From NCBI GenBank assembly GCA_024704765.1, contig JAKMXF010000144.1, positions 434,001 to 498,000 of the forward strand: 64,000 bases of DNA, read 5' to 3'. This document shows, one piece after another, positions 10,785-21,100 of the stretch. The position numbers were made by a program, and so were the translations under genes. The DNA is from Oopsacas minuta (taxonomy: Eukaryota > Animalia > Porifera). Positions within the stretch are counted from its first letter, which is position 1. The number at the start of each line of letters is the position of its first letter. Below the pieces are notes generated by a model. It ran no database searches. It saw only the letters and a program-made list of their open reading frames with translations, and was not told the DNA's origin.

Positions 10785-12722
10785 ATGAGTGAAAACATTG
10801 GAGATGTTATAAGCAAGGTCCAGACCCCTGAAGATGTTCTGTTTAAATGTTCTTCTTGTTCAGAAACAAAGAAAGATATGAAATTATTTCCCTGTTTCCA
10901 TTCGCTTTGTGAGCAATGTTACGTAATTGAAGATAACGAGCACATGGTTGTTCAATGCAAATTATGTCCTGAAAAATACTTCTCCGATGAGATCGATCCA
11001 ACGCATTTGTCTGACAACTTTTTTGCGAATGAGTACAATATGATGTTAGAAATCTTAGAAAAGTCGCGATCCGGAATTCTTTGTGAGGATTGCTGTCTTC
11101 CGAAGCCGAAAGAAGCGGAAGCTTTCTGCTTCGATTGTAACCGTTTCATGTGTCGTGCTGACATGAAGGCCCATTTAACAGTGACGCAATCGTATTGTGA
11201 CGTAGGCTTCGTGCATTTAGGTATAGACCTGCCAGATCTGAAGCTGAAGGATCCCATACAGTTAATGCATTACGTGAAGGATAGGATTATTAAGTGCTCG
11301 ACACACACCTATAGATCTGAGTACTACTGCCTTGAAGATGAGTTATGGGTTTGCAACCTCTGTAGAGCTGGGCATCATAACTCACATACATTATTTTCTG
11401 ATAAAGAAATCACTGAGAGATGGATGGATGACTTATTGAAGACCCAGGAAAAGTTCCATTATTTCGCTAACGAGAATAGCGTTAACAAGGATGAGATACG
11501 AGCTATTATGACTGAACAGAAGGAAAAGGAAAATGAGGTAGTTAGCCATATTGAAGGAGTATTCAATGAATTGATTAAAAAGATAGAAGAAAAGAAAATT
11601 AACACAATAAATGAAGCGAGGAAGAAATACGAAATGCAGTATGATGTTTTAAACGCTAAACTAGTCGCTATAGAAAGCAGCATGGAACGCATACAAACAG
11701 CTAAACAGTTCATTGATTTTTCAGTACAATTAACTGACAAACATTTCCTGAAAGAGGCCTCATTTATTCTTAGAAGTTATGGTGATGCTCTTCATTGTCA
11801 GAATCTGGAGAAGGACTACATGCCAGATGTGACAATGCGGCTACGTAAATCAATCGATGAGTATGTTGAGGACTTCTGTGTGTTGAAGGAGAATGATGCC
11901 TTGTCCGCTCCCGAAGTTTGCTTTGGCAATTTTGGGCCTGGAGTTGATCAGTTCAAAATGATCTCTGACGTTACGGTTGACAAACAGGGCCGTATCCATG
12001 TTGTAGACTCCCAAGCTTATTCCGTTAAGATCTTCACTCCCGATGGGAAGTTCTTGTCACAGGTTGGTAAACGTGGTGAGGATCAGGGCCAATTCATGCG
12101 ACCATGGGGCATATGTACTAAAGATGACTACATATACGTGTCAGACTATATCCGGCATAATGTACAGATGTTTGACATAGAGGGAAAATTCATCAAGGCA
12201 GTAGGCAAATCTGGAGTAGGAAAGAACCACTTCAAAGAGCCAAGAGGCATGGAAGCGGAGGATGAAGTGTATATCTGTGATAAACTCAACAATCGCATTC
12301 AGGTATACTCACTTAATTTAGAATTCTTGTATACACTGGGACTTGGAGTTAAGCTGAATCAACCGAGAGATATCGCAATGAGTAATCACAGTTTAGTTGT
12401 GCTATGTAGTGGAAGTCCTTGTATAAATGTTATCTTAAAAACTGACGAATTCCAATATACTTTTGGGGAGAAAGGTCCTGGACTACCGCTTAGTGACCCG
12501 TGGTTCATAGCAGCTGATGAGAATTCGTGTATTGTCACTGATACCAAAAGCAATGCTATTCTTCGCTACTCAATAAATGGAGATTTGAATTTTCATTTCA
12601 ACCGTCATGGTGATTATTCAGGTTCTATATGTCAGCCTAATGGGATATACCTTGATGCTAGAGGTATGCTGGTTATTGGGGAGAGTGGGAACTGTAGGAT
12701 CCAAGTTTTGAAACCGGTCTAA
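10785..12722 (+). CDS. TRIM-NHL protein (RING, two B-boxes, coiled coil, NHL repeats), TRIM2/3/71-like; single exon
   Basis: CSSC..PCFHSLCEQC..CKLC RING; CEDC..AFCFDC..C..H and CSTH..YYCLED..VCNLC..HH B-boxes; repeated G.G.GQF..P.GI NHL motifs. Confidence 0.9.
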   Translation: MSENIGDVISKVQTPEDVLFKCSSCSETKKDMKLFPCFHSLCEQCYVIEDNEHMVVQCKLCPEKYFSDEIDPTHLSDNFFANEYNMMLEILEKSRSGILCEDCCLPKPKEAEAFCFDCNRFMCRADMKAHLTVTQSYCDVGFVHLGIDLPDLKLKDPIQLMHYVKDRIIKCSTHTYRSEYYCLEDELWVCNLCRAGHHNSHTLFSDKEITERWMDDLLKTQEKFHYFANENSVNKDEIRAIMTEQKEKENEVVSHIEGVFNELIKKIEEKKINTINEARKKYEMQYDVLNAKLVAIESSMERIQTAKQFIDFSVQLTDKHFLKEASFILRSYGDALHCQNLEKDYMPDVTMRLRKSIDEYVEDFCVLKENDALSAPEVCFGNFGPGVDQFKMISDVTVDKQGRIHVVDSQAYSVKIFTPDGKFLSQVGKRGEDQGQFMRPWGICTKDDYIYVSDYIRHNVQMFDIEGKFIKAVGKSGVGKNHFKEPRGMEAEDEVYICDKLNNRIQVYSLNLEFLYTLGLGVKLNQPRDIAMSNHSLVVLCSGSPCINVILKTDEFQYTFGEKGPGLPLSDPWFIAADENSCIVTDTKSNAILRYSINGDLNFHFNRHGDYSGSICQPNGIYLDARGMLVIGESGNCRIQVLKPV

Positions 12723-13062
12723 TTCCTAAATTTAGCAAAGACTCCGATATTCGGACTGTAAAAAAGATAGTTTGTACCAAGCCTTGTCTACTAATATATG
12801 TCATAAATTTGTGTTTGGCTATTACTTAATTGATTGTAAATATACAGAAATAGTTTGCGGATGTTGTTAATTGTTTGTTTATCTTTTCGAGTAATTATTT
12901 TCTAACTACAATTCCTAATCTTTTAATATTCAGAACATTTACGGTTCCCGCGGTTTATCTATCTATTTTACCACAACACATAATCAACAATTTTACTTCA
13001 ACTTCTCCTGGCTTGTATCATAGCTACAATTCTCTACTAGTAGGATTTCCATTTTGTCCAAT

Positions 13063-14520
13063 ATGCAAATGCTGTTGTATTTAACGTTCCTATTCTTCAT
13101 TACAAACAAAATAAATGCTCAGATAAGTACAAAGTCCTACTTTTACGGGCCTGGTCTCAGACCACAGTTTGACTTACCTGTTAGATATTTCTTCATCCAA
13201 GCAGTATCAGAAAATGGAGCTCTAATAAATTCATTTAAGGAAGATAACCCTTTTTCAATTAAATTTCATTCTGGAGATAATTCTAGAACATTCTACGCAA
13301 ATAAAATACTCAATCTGAAGAATGGAACATTCCTAGTTATGTTTCGCTTCTTCAAGAGTTATGAATTCTTGTATTTACAAGTATATTTAGGAAACGAAGA
13401 GTTGGTACAATCCCCTTACGTTCTAAATGCTCCTATCAAGAGTCCTGACTGTAATTGTCCTATTCCTATCTCTCAATGGAAATCAGACTTAACGTGTCCA
13501 AATTATTCCTTCAATGATACGACTCTGGATTATTTCCCCGAAATACAACTTGAAGGTTTAGATAAACGAGTATTTGACAAGTTTCCTCATGCTAGTCTAG
13601 TCCATTATACAATTAAAGATAATAAAATATATCGTAAGACATTAGGTAGATATACAGACTTTAAAATGTTCAGCGACGAATTATTGTTGTATCTTTCCAG
13701 AAAGCTAATTCTCCCTGATATGGAGTTCTTCATGAATTTAGGGGACTGGCCTCAAGAGAGAGACAAGTCTAACCCCCTCCCCATCATATCATGGTGTGGG
13801 AATAAAGGATTTTATGACGTCATACTACCTACGTATGAATTAACCCGTGCTACGCTCCAGGGCCTACACAGACAAGAATTAGATGTATTAATGACATACG
13901 GACATGTAGGACCCCAGTGGAAGGATAAAAAGAAACAGGCTTTATTCCGGGGTCGTGATTCTAGACAGGAGAGACTTGACCTTGTGGAATACCGTAGAAA
14001 TGATACAAATAGATATGACATAGGTTTGACTCACTTTTTCTTCTTCAAACATGATGAGAATAAATTCGGTCCTATCCTATCTAGAATAGGTTTTTTCGAT
14101 TTTTTCACATACCGCTATCAGTTATGCTTAGACGGTACAGTTGCTGCTTATAGACTCCCTTATCTGTTGTCCGGTACCTCTCTTGTATTCAAACAGGACT
14201 CTTACTACTATGAACATTTCTACAGATTTATTCATCCCTGGATACATTACGTACCGTTCACTAAGGATTTTAATGAGCTTGATAGACTGCTAGATTGGGC
14301 TGAAGCTAATGAGAATAAGGTAGATAGAATAATACAATCATCTCGTAGGATAGCTGAGGATCATCTATTCCCAGATAAGGTATTGTGTTATGTAACTATG
14401 TTGTTTGAAGAATATGCTAGTAGGTTGAGTGGGAAGATTATAGTTCATCCTGATATGGAGCTTGTACAACAGTCCACAGATGTGTGTACGATTTGTAAAG
14501 CGCCTCGAGATGAGTTTTAA
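13063..14520 (+). CDS. POGLUT2: KDELC/protein O-glucosyltransferase 2/3-like (filamin-type Ig domain + GT90/CAP10 domain)
   Basis: Signal-like N-terminus; GPGL..LPVRYFFIQAV; LPDMEFFMNLGDWP; FRGRDSRQERL; DGTVAAYRLPYLL; C-terminal RDEF ER-retention-like motif. POGLUT2 vs POGLUT3 cannot be resolved. Confidence 0.9.
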   Translation: MQMLLYLTFLFFITNKINAQISTKSYFYGPGLRPQFDLPVRYFFIQAVSENGALINSFKEDNPFSIKFHSGDNSRTFYANKILNLKNGTFLVMFRFFKSYEFLYLQVYLGNEELVQSPYVLNAPIKSPDCNCPIPISQWKSDLTCPNYSFNDTTLDYFPEIQLEGLDKRVFDKFPHASLVHYTIKDNKIYRKTLGRYTDFKMFSDELLLYLSRKLILPDMEFFMNLGDWPQERDKSNPLPIISWCGNKGFYDVILPTYELTRATLQGLHRQELDVLMTYGHVGPQWKDKKKQALFRGRDSRQERLDLVEYRRNDTNRYDIGLTHFFFFKHDENKFGPILSRIGFFDFFTYRYQLCLDGTVAAYRLPYLLSGTSLVFKQDSYYYEHFYRFIHPWIHYVPFTKDFNELDRLLDWAEANENKVDRIIQSSRRIAEDHLFPDKVLCYVTMLFEEYASRLSGKIIVHPDMELVQQSTDVCTICKAPRDEF

Positions 14521-14636
14521 TGATTAGTTATTTGAGTGTATTTACTAGTTATTGTATATGATTTTATTTTGTTACAGAGACTTTAGAAATTGAATTATTA
14601 TCGAATGTTTTAAACACTAGCTATAACTCTACCCAT

Positions 14637-16436
14637 ATGGAAGCAGAACCTATCAACGAGGTTATAGTTGAGAATGTAGAAAAGATGGTAGAGGGAGCTA
14701 GCGAGATACCTAAAGATCCTATAATAGATATTACAGAACCTATACCAGCTGACCCTGTAGATCCTATACCAGCTGACCCTGTAGATCCTATACCAGCTGG
14801 TCCTGTAGATCCTATACCAGTCGATACTACAGATATTATATCAACTGACCCTGTAGATCCTATACCAGTCGATACTACAGATATTATATCAACTGACCCT
14901 GTAGATCCTATACCAGCTGGTCCTGTAGATCCTATACCAGTCGATACTACAGATATTATATCAACTGACCCTGTAGATCCTATACCAGCTGACCCTGTAG
15001 ATCCTATACCAGCCGATACTACAGATATTATATCAACTGACCCTGTATATCCTATACCAGCCGATACTACAGATATTATATCAACTGACCCTGTAGATCC
15101 TATACCAGCTGACCCTGTAGATCCTATACCAGCCGATACTACAGATATTATATCAACTGACCCTGTAGATCCTATACCAGCTGACCCTGTAGATCCTATA
15201 CCAGCCGATACTACAGATATTATATCAACTGACCCTGTAGATCCTATACTAGCCGATACTACAGATATAATATCAAATGACCCTGTAGATCCTATACCAG
15301 CTGACCCTGTAGATCCTATACCAGCCGATACTACAGATATAATATCAACTGACCCTGTAGATCCTATACCAGCTGACCCTGTAGATCCTATACCAGCCGA
15401 TACTACAGATATTATATCAACTGACCCTGTAGATCCTATACCAGCTGACCCTGTAGATCCTATACCAGTTGGTCCTGTAGATCCTATACCAGCTGATACT
15501 ACAGATATAATATCAACTGACCCTGTAAATCCTATACCAGCTGACCCTGTAGATCCTATATCAGCTGTTCCTGTAGATTCTATACCAGCTGGTCCTGTAG
15601 ATCCTATACCAGCCGATACTACAGATATTATATCAGCTGATACTTCAGATTCTAAACCTGCGGATAGTAAAGATCCTATACCAACTAATACTACAGACCA
15701 CACGCGAGCTGGTGTTGAAGAATCTATCTCAGTTGACACTACAGAACCAACAGATCCAAAACAACAAGGGGAATCCATCAAGCATGAAGGAGAGATAGCT
15801 GAAGAATACAAAGCTCCCTCTTCCTCCAATACAGCTATAAATATACCTAAGAAAAAGACTGCTATCAATGCAATTCCTGTAATACAGGTATCTACTACAG
15901 AACCTAATACAAACACCTCATCTCCTGAACTTAAGAGTCCCTCACCTACCAGATCTAGTTTGTCTCGCAAAGAAAGTCGCAGCAAAAGTCAAAAGCGAGT
16001 ATCCTTCATAAGCACCACGGATACTCGAGACAAGAAAATATCCACATCTAGCTGTCCTATTTGGCCGCGATCAGCTGATTTCACAGTTGCTCTAGGAGAT
16101 AAAGCTGTTGATAGATATGTAAATGAGAAGTGGACACTCAGTGAGTCATGGCTACACTGTGTTGACTACCTTGGTGAGGAGCCTGTAGATTCTAAGCGAC
16201 ACCTCTTTAGAGTAAAGTTCTCACAACCTACCAGACGGAGACCTATCCCAGCTCATACAGCCTGTGTCTACTTCACACTTGTGATAGGAGAAACAGCTGA
16301 TGAGCAAGTAGATGTATGGTGGGTAATGGAGGGACAGAGGATGCCACATAAACCGGAAGAAGGTCTCTTCAGAGAGCAGTGGCTCAAGGATATTCTAGCC
16401 GCGAAGAGTATTATATGTTTTGAAACTCTCTTCTAG
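14637..16436 (+). CDS. AKAP14: AKAP14 (AKAP28 domain)-like protein with long N-terminal Asp/Pro/Ile/Thr tandem repeats
   Basis: C-terminal ~125 aa (WPRSADFT...WLHCVDY...FRVKFSQPTRRRPIP...ACVYF...HKP...FREQWLKDIL) resemble AKAP14; KRVSF (RVxF-like) precedes the domain. Confidence 0.7.
   Translation: MEAEPINEVIVENVEKMVEGASEIPKDPIIDITEPIPADPVDPIPADPVDPIPAGPVDPIPVDTTDIISTDPVDPIPVDTTDIISTDPVDPIPAGPVDPIPVDTTDIISTDPVDPIPADPVDPIPADTTDIISTDPVYPIPADTTDIISTDPVDPIPADPVDPIPADTTDIISTDPVDPIPADPVDPIPADTTDIISTDPVDPILADTTDIISNDPVDPIPADPVDPIPADTTDIISTDPVDPIPADPVDPIPADTTDIISTDPVDPIPADPVDPIPVGPVDPIPADTTDIISTDPVNPIPADPVDPISAVPVDSIPAGPVDPIPADTTDIISADTSDSKPADSKDPIPTNTTDHTRAGVEESISVDTTEPTDPKQQGESIKHEGEIAEEYKAPSSSNTAINIPKKKTAINAIPVIQVSTTEPNTNTSSPELKSPSPTRSSLSRKESRSKSQKRVSFISTTDTRDKKISTSSCPIWPRSADFTVALGDKAVDRYVNEKWTLSESWLHCVDYLGEEPVDSKRHLFRVKFSQPTRRRPIPAHTACVYFTLVIGETADEQVDVWWVMEGQRMPHKPEEGLFREQWLKDILAAKSIICFETLF
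14736..15640 (+). repeat. Coding minisatellite: interspersed 24-nt (PADPVDPI) and 48-nt (PADTTDIISTDPVDPI) units forming 72-nt higher-order repeats
   Basis: CCAGCTGACCCTGTAGATCCTATA and CCAGCCGATACTACAGATATTATATCAACTGACCCTGTAGATCCTATA recur near-identically over ~900 bp. Confidence 0.95.
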
Positions 16437-18811
16437 TAATAGCAACCGCAACCCTTATCCTTACGCGTATTCACATATCTGTATTTATTTCAACAATCAA
16501 TACTAAGGAAATTAACATCCATGGTATATTAAGGTATTATATGGTAATTATTTGTGACCTTATTAGTGTGTATTTTTGATAAAAATTTCCATTAGAAACG
16601 GGAGTATAGTCTTCTCCATATATGGCAACACAAGACGTTCTCCCCCAGCTGTATCAACAGCTGAACATTTGTACAGGAACAGATGATTACCTCAGATCTA
16701 GAAGGATAGCAGAACAGATTATGAAGGCAGATCCTACTCAATGGGATGCTTTTTATACAAAGTTAGTTTGTTTCGTGCATGAGTCAAATTTTGAGGCTGT
16801 AATTAGAAATATAGCCTCTCATAATTTCGGGGATAAATCGAAAGAACTCGCGTTTATTCACGCCTACACTCTCTACCGGCTGAATAGACATCAAGATGCA
16901 CTTAACACTCTCTCCAAGAATGAGAACGGTATCAGAGAACTTGAATTGAGAGCTCAGATCTTGTATAAAATGGAAAGATACGAGGATTCAGTTACTGTTT
17001 ATCAACATAAACTCTCTCAACTAGAGGACATAGACTCTGACAGATTAGTTAACCAGTTAGCAGCCCTATCCCTTTGTCCTACTCCCCAGGAATGTAGCAT
17101 TACCCCTGATATCCTAGACACATACGAACAGCTCTACAACTACTCCAGTGTACTGATAGCTGTAGGCGATGCTCCACAGGCTCTTGATTATCTTGAGAAA
17201 GCTGAATCAACAGCTGTCAATGAAATGACACAAGACCCTGATTATTCACAGGAAGAACTTGAGGATGAGATGAGTGTTATTCGTGTACAGAAAGCATTCG
17301 CTTCACAGTTAGTCGGTCAAACTAAAGAAGCAAGCAAAATATATACACAACTTATAAAGAAAAGGATTAGTGATCATTCTGTAAGCGCTATTGCTTCTAA
17401 TAACGTTATTAGTATCAACAAAGATAAAGATATATTCGACTCTAGGAAGAGAATGAAAGCATGTACTAGTGAAGCAGCTCTTAAGAAAATGACGTCACAA
17501 CAACGTAGCATAGTACACTTCAATAAATGTTTGTTAGCGATTAATACTAATCAGTTGGAACAAGCTAGGAGCTATCTACAGCATTTGAGGAAGATCGAGA
17601 AGAATGGTAACGAACTGGTACCCCTGTTAGAGCTGTCTATACAGCGGAGGAACGAGGGACTAGGAGACTCTAAAGGGTCCCTACTTGATCTACTGTCTCG
17701 TCATAAGGACTCTCCCTCTATAGCTCTTACACTAGCACAAATTGCATTGAATACTCACCAATTAGAATTGTGCTGTGAGATCATCTGCTCTACCACCCCT
17801 ATCTGCTACAAGCCTAGCTTCGTGTCATTTGTAGTGACTGCATATTTGAGATTAGGGGAGTTTGATAAAATTGATGAAGTGTTAACTACCGCGATAAACT
17901 ACTGGTTATCACGTAAAGACACAGAATCAAAATCTATTGAGCATTTAAAGAAATTTGTATGTCACTCAGCTAATTTTAAATTACAAAGGAATTGTTACCG
18001 TGAGGCAGGCGAAATTCTGGAGAAGTTTGAAGAATATTTTCAAGATGATCGCGTTTATTCACAACTCCTAATCAGCTCTTTCGCGGCTATTGATATTACG
18101 AAAGCCGAGAAAGTTCTGTCTTCACTAGATCAGAAGGAAATCAAAAAAGTTAATGTAGACGAACTTGAAAAAGTCCAAAACCTCAGACAAGTAATTTCTA
18201 AAAAGACACCACTTCTTGACAAGATAAGTAAGAAGGATGATAAACCGGATAGATCGATTAAATCCAAGCGTAAAAGTAAAAAGAAGAAAGGTAAACTCCC
18301 CAAGAATTACAATCCTGATAAACCTCCTGACCCAGAACGTTGGTTACCTATGAGAGAACGTTCTTATAATAAGAAATTAAGGAAGAAAGGCGGTCGTAAA
18401 GTATACGCTAGATCTCCTCACCAATCAACACAGAGTGATAAGCCTGAGCCTAAACCTATGTCAGCTAATCAGAAGAAGAAACAGCAGCAGAAGAGTAAGA
18501 AGAAAGGTAAGAGATGGTAACGACGTCATCATTAGTGTAATAGTAGTGTATTGCTAAGCTGATTAGCTGGTGGAGCCTTGAGTCAGATATGTTCATATTT
18601 CTGTAGTGGAAAGAGGTATAGTAATTACGTAAAATAATAAATGTAAATGCATGTGTGTGTATTCTATACATTAGTATAGTATTTTCCCAAATATGCAGGC
18701 ACAATATATGCGTACTAACCTCTTGTAAGCATCGTGATTCTTGTAGTGGCTATTGTAAGAGCTAGTCTCTGGGTTCAAGTGGTCCTTAAGTTCACTCCCC
18801 TGAGAGGGAGG
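16433..18811 (-). other. Candidate 3' exons of an unidentified minus-strand gene flanking SRP72
   Basis: Exon 18811-18720 (PPSQGSELKDHLNPETSSYNSHYKNHDAYK, GTTAGT donor, phase 2) joins in frame to 16478-16433 (R-YVNTRKDKGCGCYY*). Upstream exons could not be assembled. Confidence 0.3.
16622..18520 (+). CDS. SRP72: Signal recognition particle subunit SRP72; single exon
   Basis: N-terminal TPRs (AYTLYRLNR, ELRAQILYKMERY); RNA-binding motif KKGKLPKNYNPDKPPDPERWLPMRERSY; Lys-rich tail. Confidence 0.95.
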   Translation: MATQDVLPQLYQQLNICTGTDDYLRSRRIAEQIMKADPTQWDAFYTKLVCFVHESNFEAVIRNIASHNFGDKSKELAFIHAYTLYRLNRHQDALNTLSKNENGIRELELRAQILYKMERYEDSVTVYQHKLSQLEDIDSDRLVNQLAALSLCPTPQECSITPDILDTYEQLYNYSSVLIAVGDAPQALDYLEKAESTAVNEMTQDPDYSQEELEDEMSVIRVQKAFASQLVGQTKEASKIYTQLIKKRISDHSVSAIASNNVISINKDKDIFDSRKRMKACTSEAALKKMTSQQRSIVHFNKCLLAINTNQLEQARSYLQHLRKIEKNGNELVPLLELSIQRRNEGLGDSKGSLLDLLSRHKDSPSIALTLAQIALNTHQLELCCEIICSTTPICYKPSFVSFVVTAYLRLGEFDKIDEVLTTAINYWLSRKDTESKSIEHLKKFVCHSANFKLQRNCYREAGEILEKFEEYFQDDRVYSQLLISSFAAIDITKAEKVLSSLDQKEIKKVNVDELEKVQNLRQVISKKTPLLDKISKKDDKPDRSIKSKRKSKKKKGKLPKNYNPDKPPDPERWLPMRERSYNKKLRKKGGRKVYARSPHQSTQSDKPEPKPMSANQKKKQQQKSKKKGKRW

Positions 18812-19357
18812 CTAGATATAGATACACCCTGATAATGTGTCTGGTCAATCTATTCGATAATTCCATTTCATAACTATGAGGATCTTAGTAATGTCAGATC
18901 AGGTGACATGTCTAGATAAAGATAGTTAATCAATGAATATGACTAATTATCATAGCGCTTGCATATTAATAGAGTATCTTATGGACAAACTGATTTATTC
19001 GCTGAATTATCATTGTATAACTTATTGAATAGCTTTCGTCTCTCGCATCTTTTCACGAATAAGTGTAAGTTAATTGCTTTGTCTTTCCTAATTCTCAAGA
19101 TTGAACTTTCCTAAGTTTCCTGACATTAAGTCCCTACCCTTCCTAATGTATGCACATAAAACTTCTCATTATAGCCAGTTTATGACGATATCTCATTGTA
19201 GAATTGGGGAATAAGAACTCTATTAGCCGCAGGAAGCCCTAGTCCTTGTCTGGGTCTCTTCACAGATGTAATGCCATTATTGTCAGCAAATGCTGTTTGA
19301 TAATTAGTACATTCATAGATATAGATTTGAATAATTCGAATAAATTTGTTAGAAATT

Positions 19358-21100
19358 ATGGCCAGTAACTTTGATGAAATACGATTTGGGTTTGAAGAAG
19401 GGGAGAGAGTACTTCCTGAACAAGATTCTGATCCTGACAATAATACATTATCTCCTAGAATGGAGGGGAGAGATGGTGAGTACTACTCTGTATTGAATGT
19501 AGCCAGAGAAGCTAACGAGTACGAATTAAAACAGGCATTCAATCAAATGGTTTTACGATACCATCCAGATAGATACACTGATCCTGTAGAGAAGCAAACA
19601 GCACAGGAACTATTCCATAAAGTACGTGAGGCTTATGGCGTATTGCGAGATCCTGCCAAGCGTGCGGTATACGATACCCACGGTAGAAAGGGCCTGGAAT
19701 TGAATTGGACGGTCGCTATTCGAGATCCTAAACTGCATGAACATGAAGTATTTATGCGAATGCGTGAGGAAATTAATGAAATACAGAGTTACTCTCCATC
19801 TGGTGTATTTTCTGCTACACTAGACTTGAGTAAAATTGAACGAATACAATCAACTAATGGAATAGATTTAACTCGTGCAGGGCAGTACATACAAACAAAG
19901 AATATTTCTATTCAGGAGAACATTTCAACTCCTCTCGGACCAATGACAAGACTCAATTTGGGAGGGGCAGTCTCTCTTGACGAAAAAGGTGGAACGGGAC
20001 AATTCACCCTTGGAGTAGCTCATACATCCTCTAACGGCCTCTTCACTCGATTGTCTGGATCCATTGGAAACTGGCCCTCACTTCGTATTCAGCTTAGAAA
20101 ACAGCTGTTTGATAGAGTTAATATGAATCTGATTGGGATGGTTAGATTCGCAGGGCCTTACTTTGAATGTATCGGCGTTCCAACATTTACAACACGATTT
20201 GGTGATAAGACACACGGCAGTTTACAGCTACATATTGGTAGATCAGGTTTTAAAATCATCCCGGTAATATCACGGCAGATAACGACTAACCTTATCGTAT
20301 CAGCTAAGTTGGATACAGACCCTGTCAACCATTCAGTGAGATTGGAATGCAGTTATGTTCCTATTAAACAGTATGTAATTACAGTAGGAGTGAAGTTTGC
20401 ACTCAAATCACACAAGTTAAAATACTCACTACAAAGATCGTTTTCAGAGCACAGTTCGTTATGTGTTTCTTTCTCGTTTGAATATCCAGGTGGCGTGTCG
20501 TTAAAGTTCTCCCTAACACGATATGACCACACATTTATTCTACCAATACGATTCTCTGATAGTATCACTATACAGAAGGGATTATACGCTCACCTCTTGC
20601 CACTGGCTCTGTACGGGTTTTCTTATGCTTTATTTTACAGTCCATTTTTCAATTGGACTCGTAAGAAACTGAATGAAGATGAGCTACGCGTTAAAGAACA
20701 GCAATATAAGAAAGAGACAAGTCGACAAGCTGAAGTAAATCTTATGACAGAAGCATATGATAGATCTCATGCTTATGAGTCTGAGAGAGAGGGCCTGATT
20801 ATCAGAGAGGCATGGTTTGGGTTGCTAAGAAGCAGGAGTGGTATGGCAGAACAGCTGATTAGTGAAGGTCTCCCATGTGTCTTGGATGTAACAATTCCAC
20901 TACAATGTCTGGTGAAAGATTCTAAACTAGAATTAACAGATACTAGTAAAGTACATCTAGCTGGATTCTATGACGTGTACAAGGGAGAGAAGAAGGATTT
21001 GAATGTAAAGTATTACTTCAGAGGTGAATTGCATGAAGTCACTGTTGATGACTGTCATCCTCTGTCTATACCCAAACGTTCTCACCAACTACGTCCTTAG
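19358..21100 (+). CDS. DNAJC11: DnaJ homolog subfamily C member 11; single exon
   Basis: J domain with HPD (YYSVLNV...RYHPDR); C-terminal DUF3395 (LDVTIPLQCLVKDSKL...GFYD...L.VKYYFRGELHEV). Confidence 0.93.
   Translation: MASNFDEIRFGFEEGERVLPEQDSDPDNNTLSPRMEGRDGEYYSVLNVAREANEYELKQAFNQMVLRYHPDRYTDPVEKQTAQELFHKVREAYGVLRDPAKRAVYDTHGRKGLELNWTVAIRDPKLHEHEVFMRMREEINEIQSYSPSGVFSATLDLSKIERIQSTNGIDLTRAGQYIQTKNISIQENISTPLGPMTRLNLGGAVSLDEKGGTGQFTLGVAHTSSNGLFTRLSGSIGNWPSLRIQLRKQLFDRVNMNLIGMVRFAGPYFECIGVPTFTTRFGDKTHGSLQLHIGRSGFKIIPVISRQITTNLIVSAKLDTDPVNHSVRLECSYVPIKQYVITVGVKFALKSHKLKYSLQRSFSEHSSLCVSFSFEYPGGVSLKFSLTRYDHTFILPIRFSDSITIQKGLYAHLLPLALYGFSYALFYSPFFNWTRKKLNEDELRVKEQQYKKETSRQAEVNLMTEAYDRSHAYESEREGLIIREAWFGLLRSRSGMAEQLISEGLPCVLDVTIPLQCLVKDSKLELTDTSKVHLAGFYDVYKGEKKDLNVKYYFRGELHEVTVDDCHPLSIPKRSHQLRP

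Noticed and set aside
14736-15640. Repeat array as a possible CRISPR
   Set aside because: Units are contiguous in-frame coding repeats without unique spacers, in a eukaryotic context with no cas genes.
14621-15985. 454-aa antisense ORF rich in GIGSTG repeats
   Set aside because: It is the stop-free reverse reading of the AKAP14-like coding minisatellite; no independent evidence.
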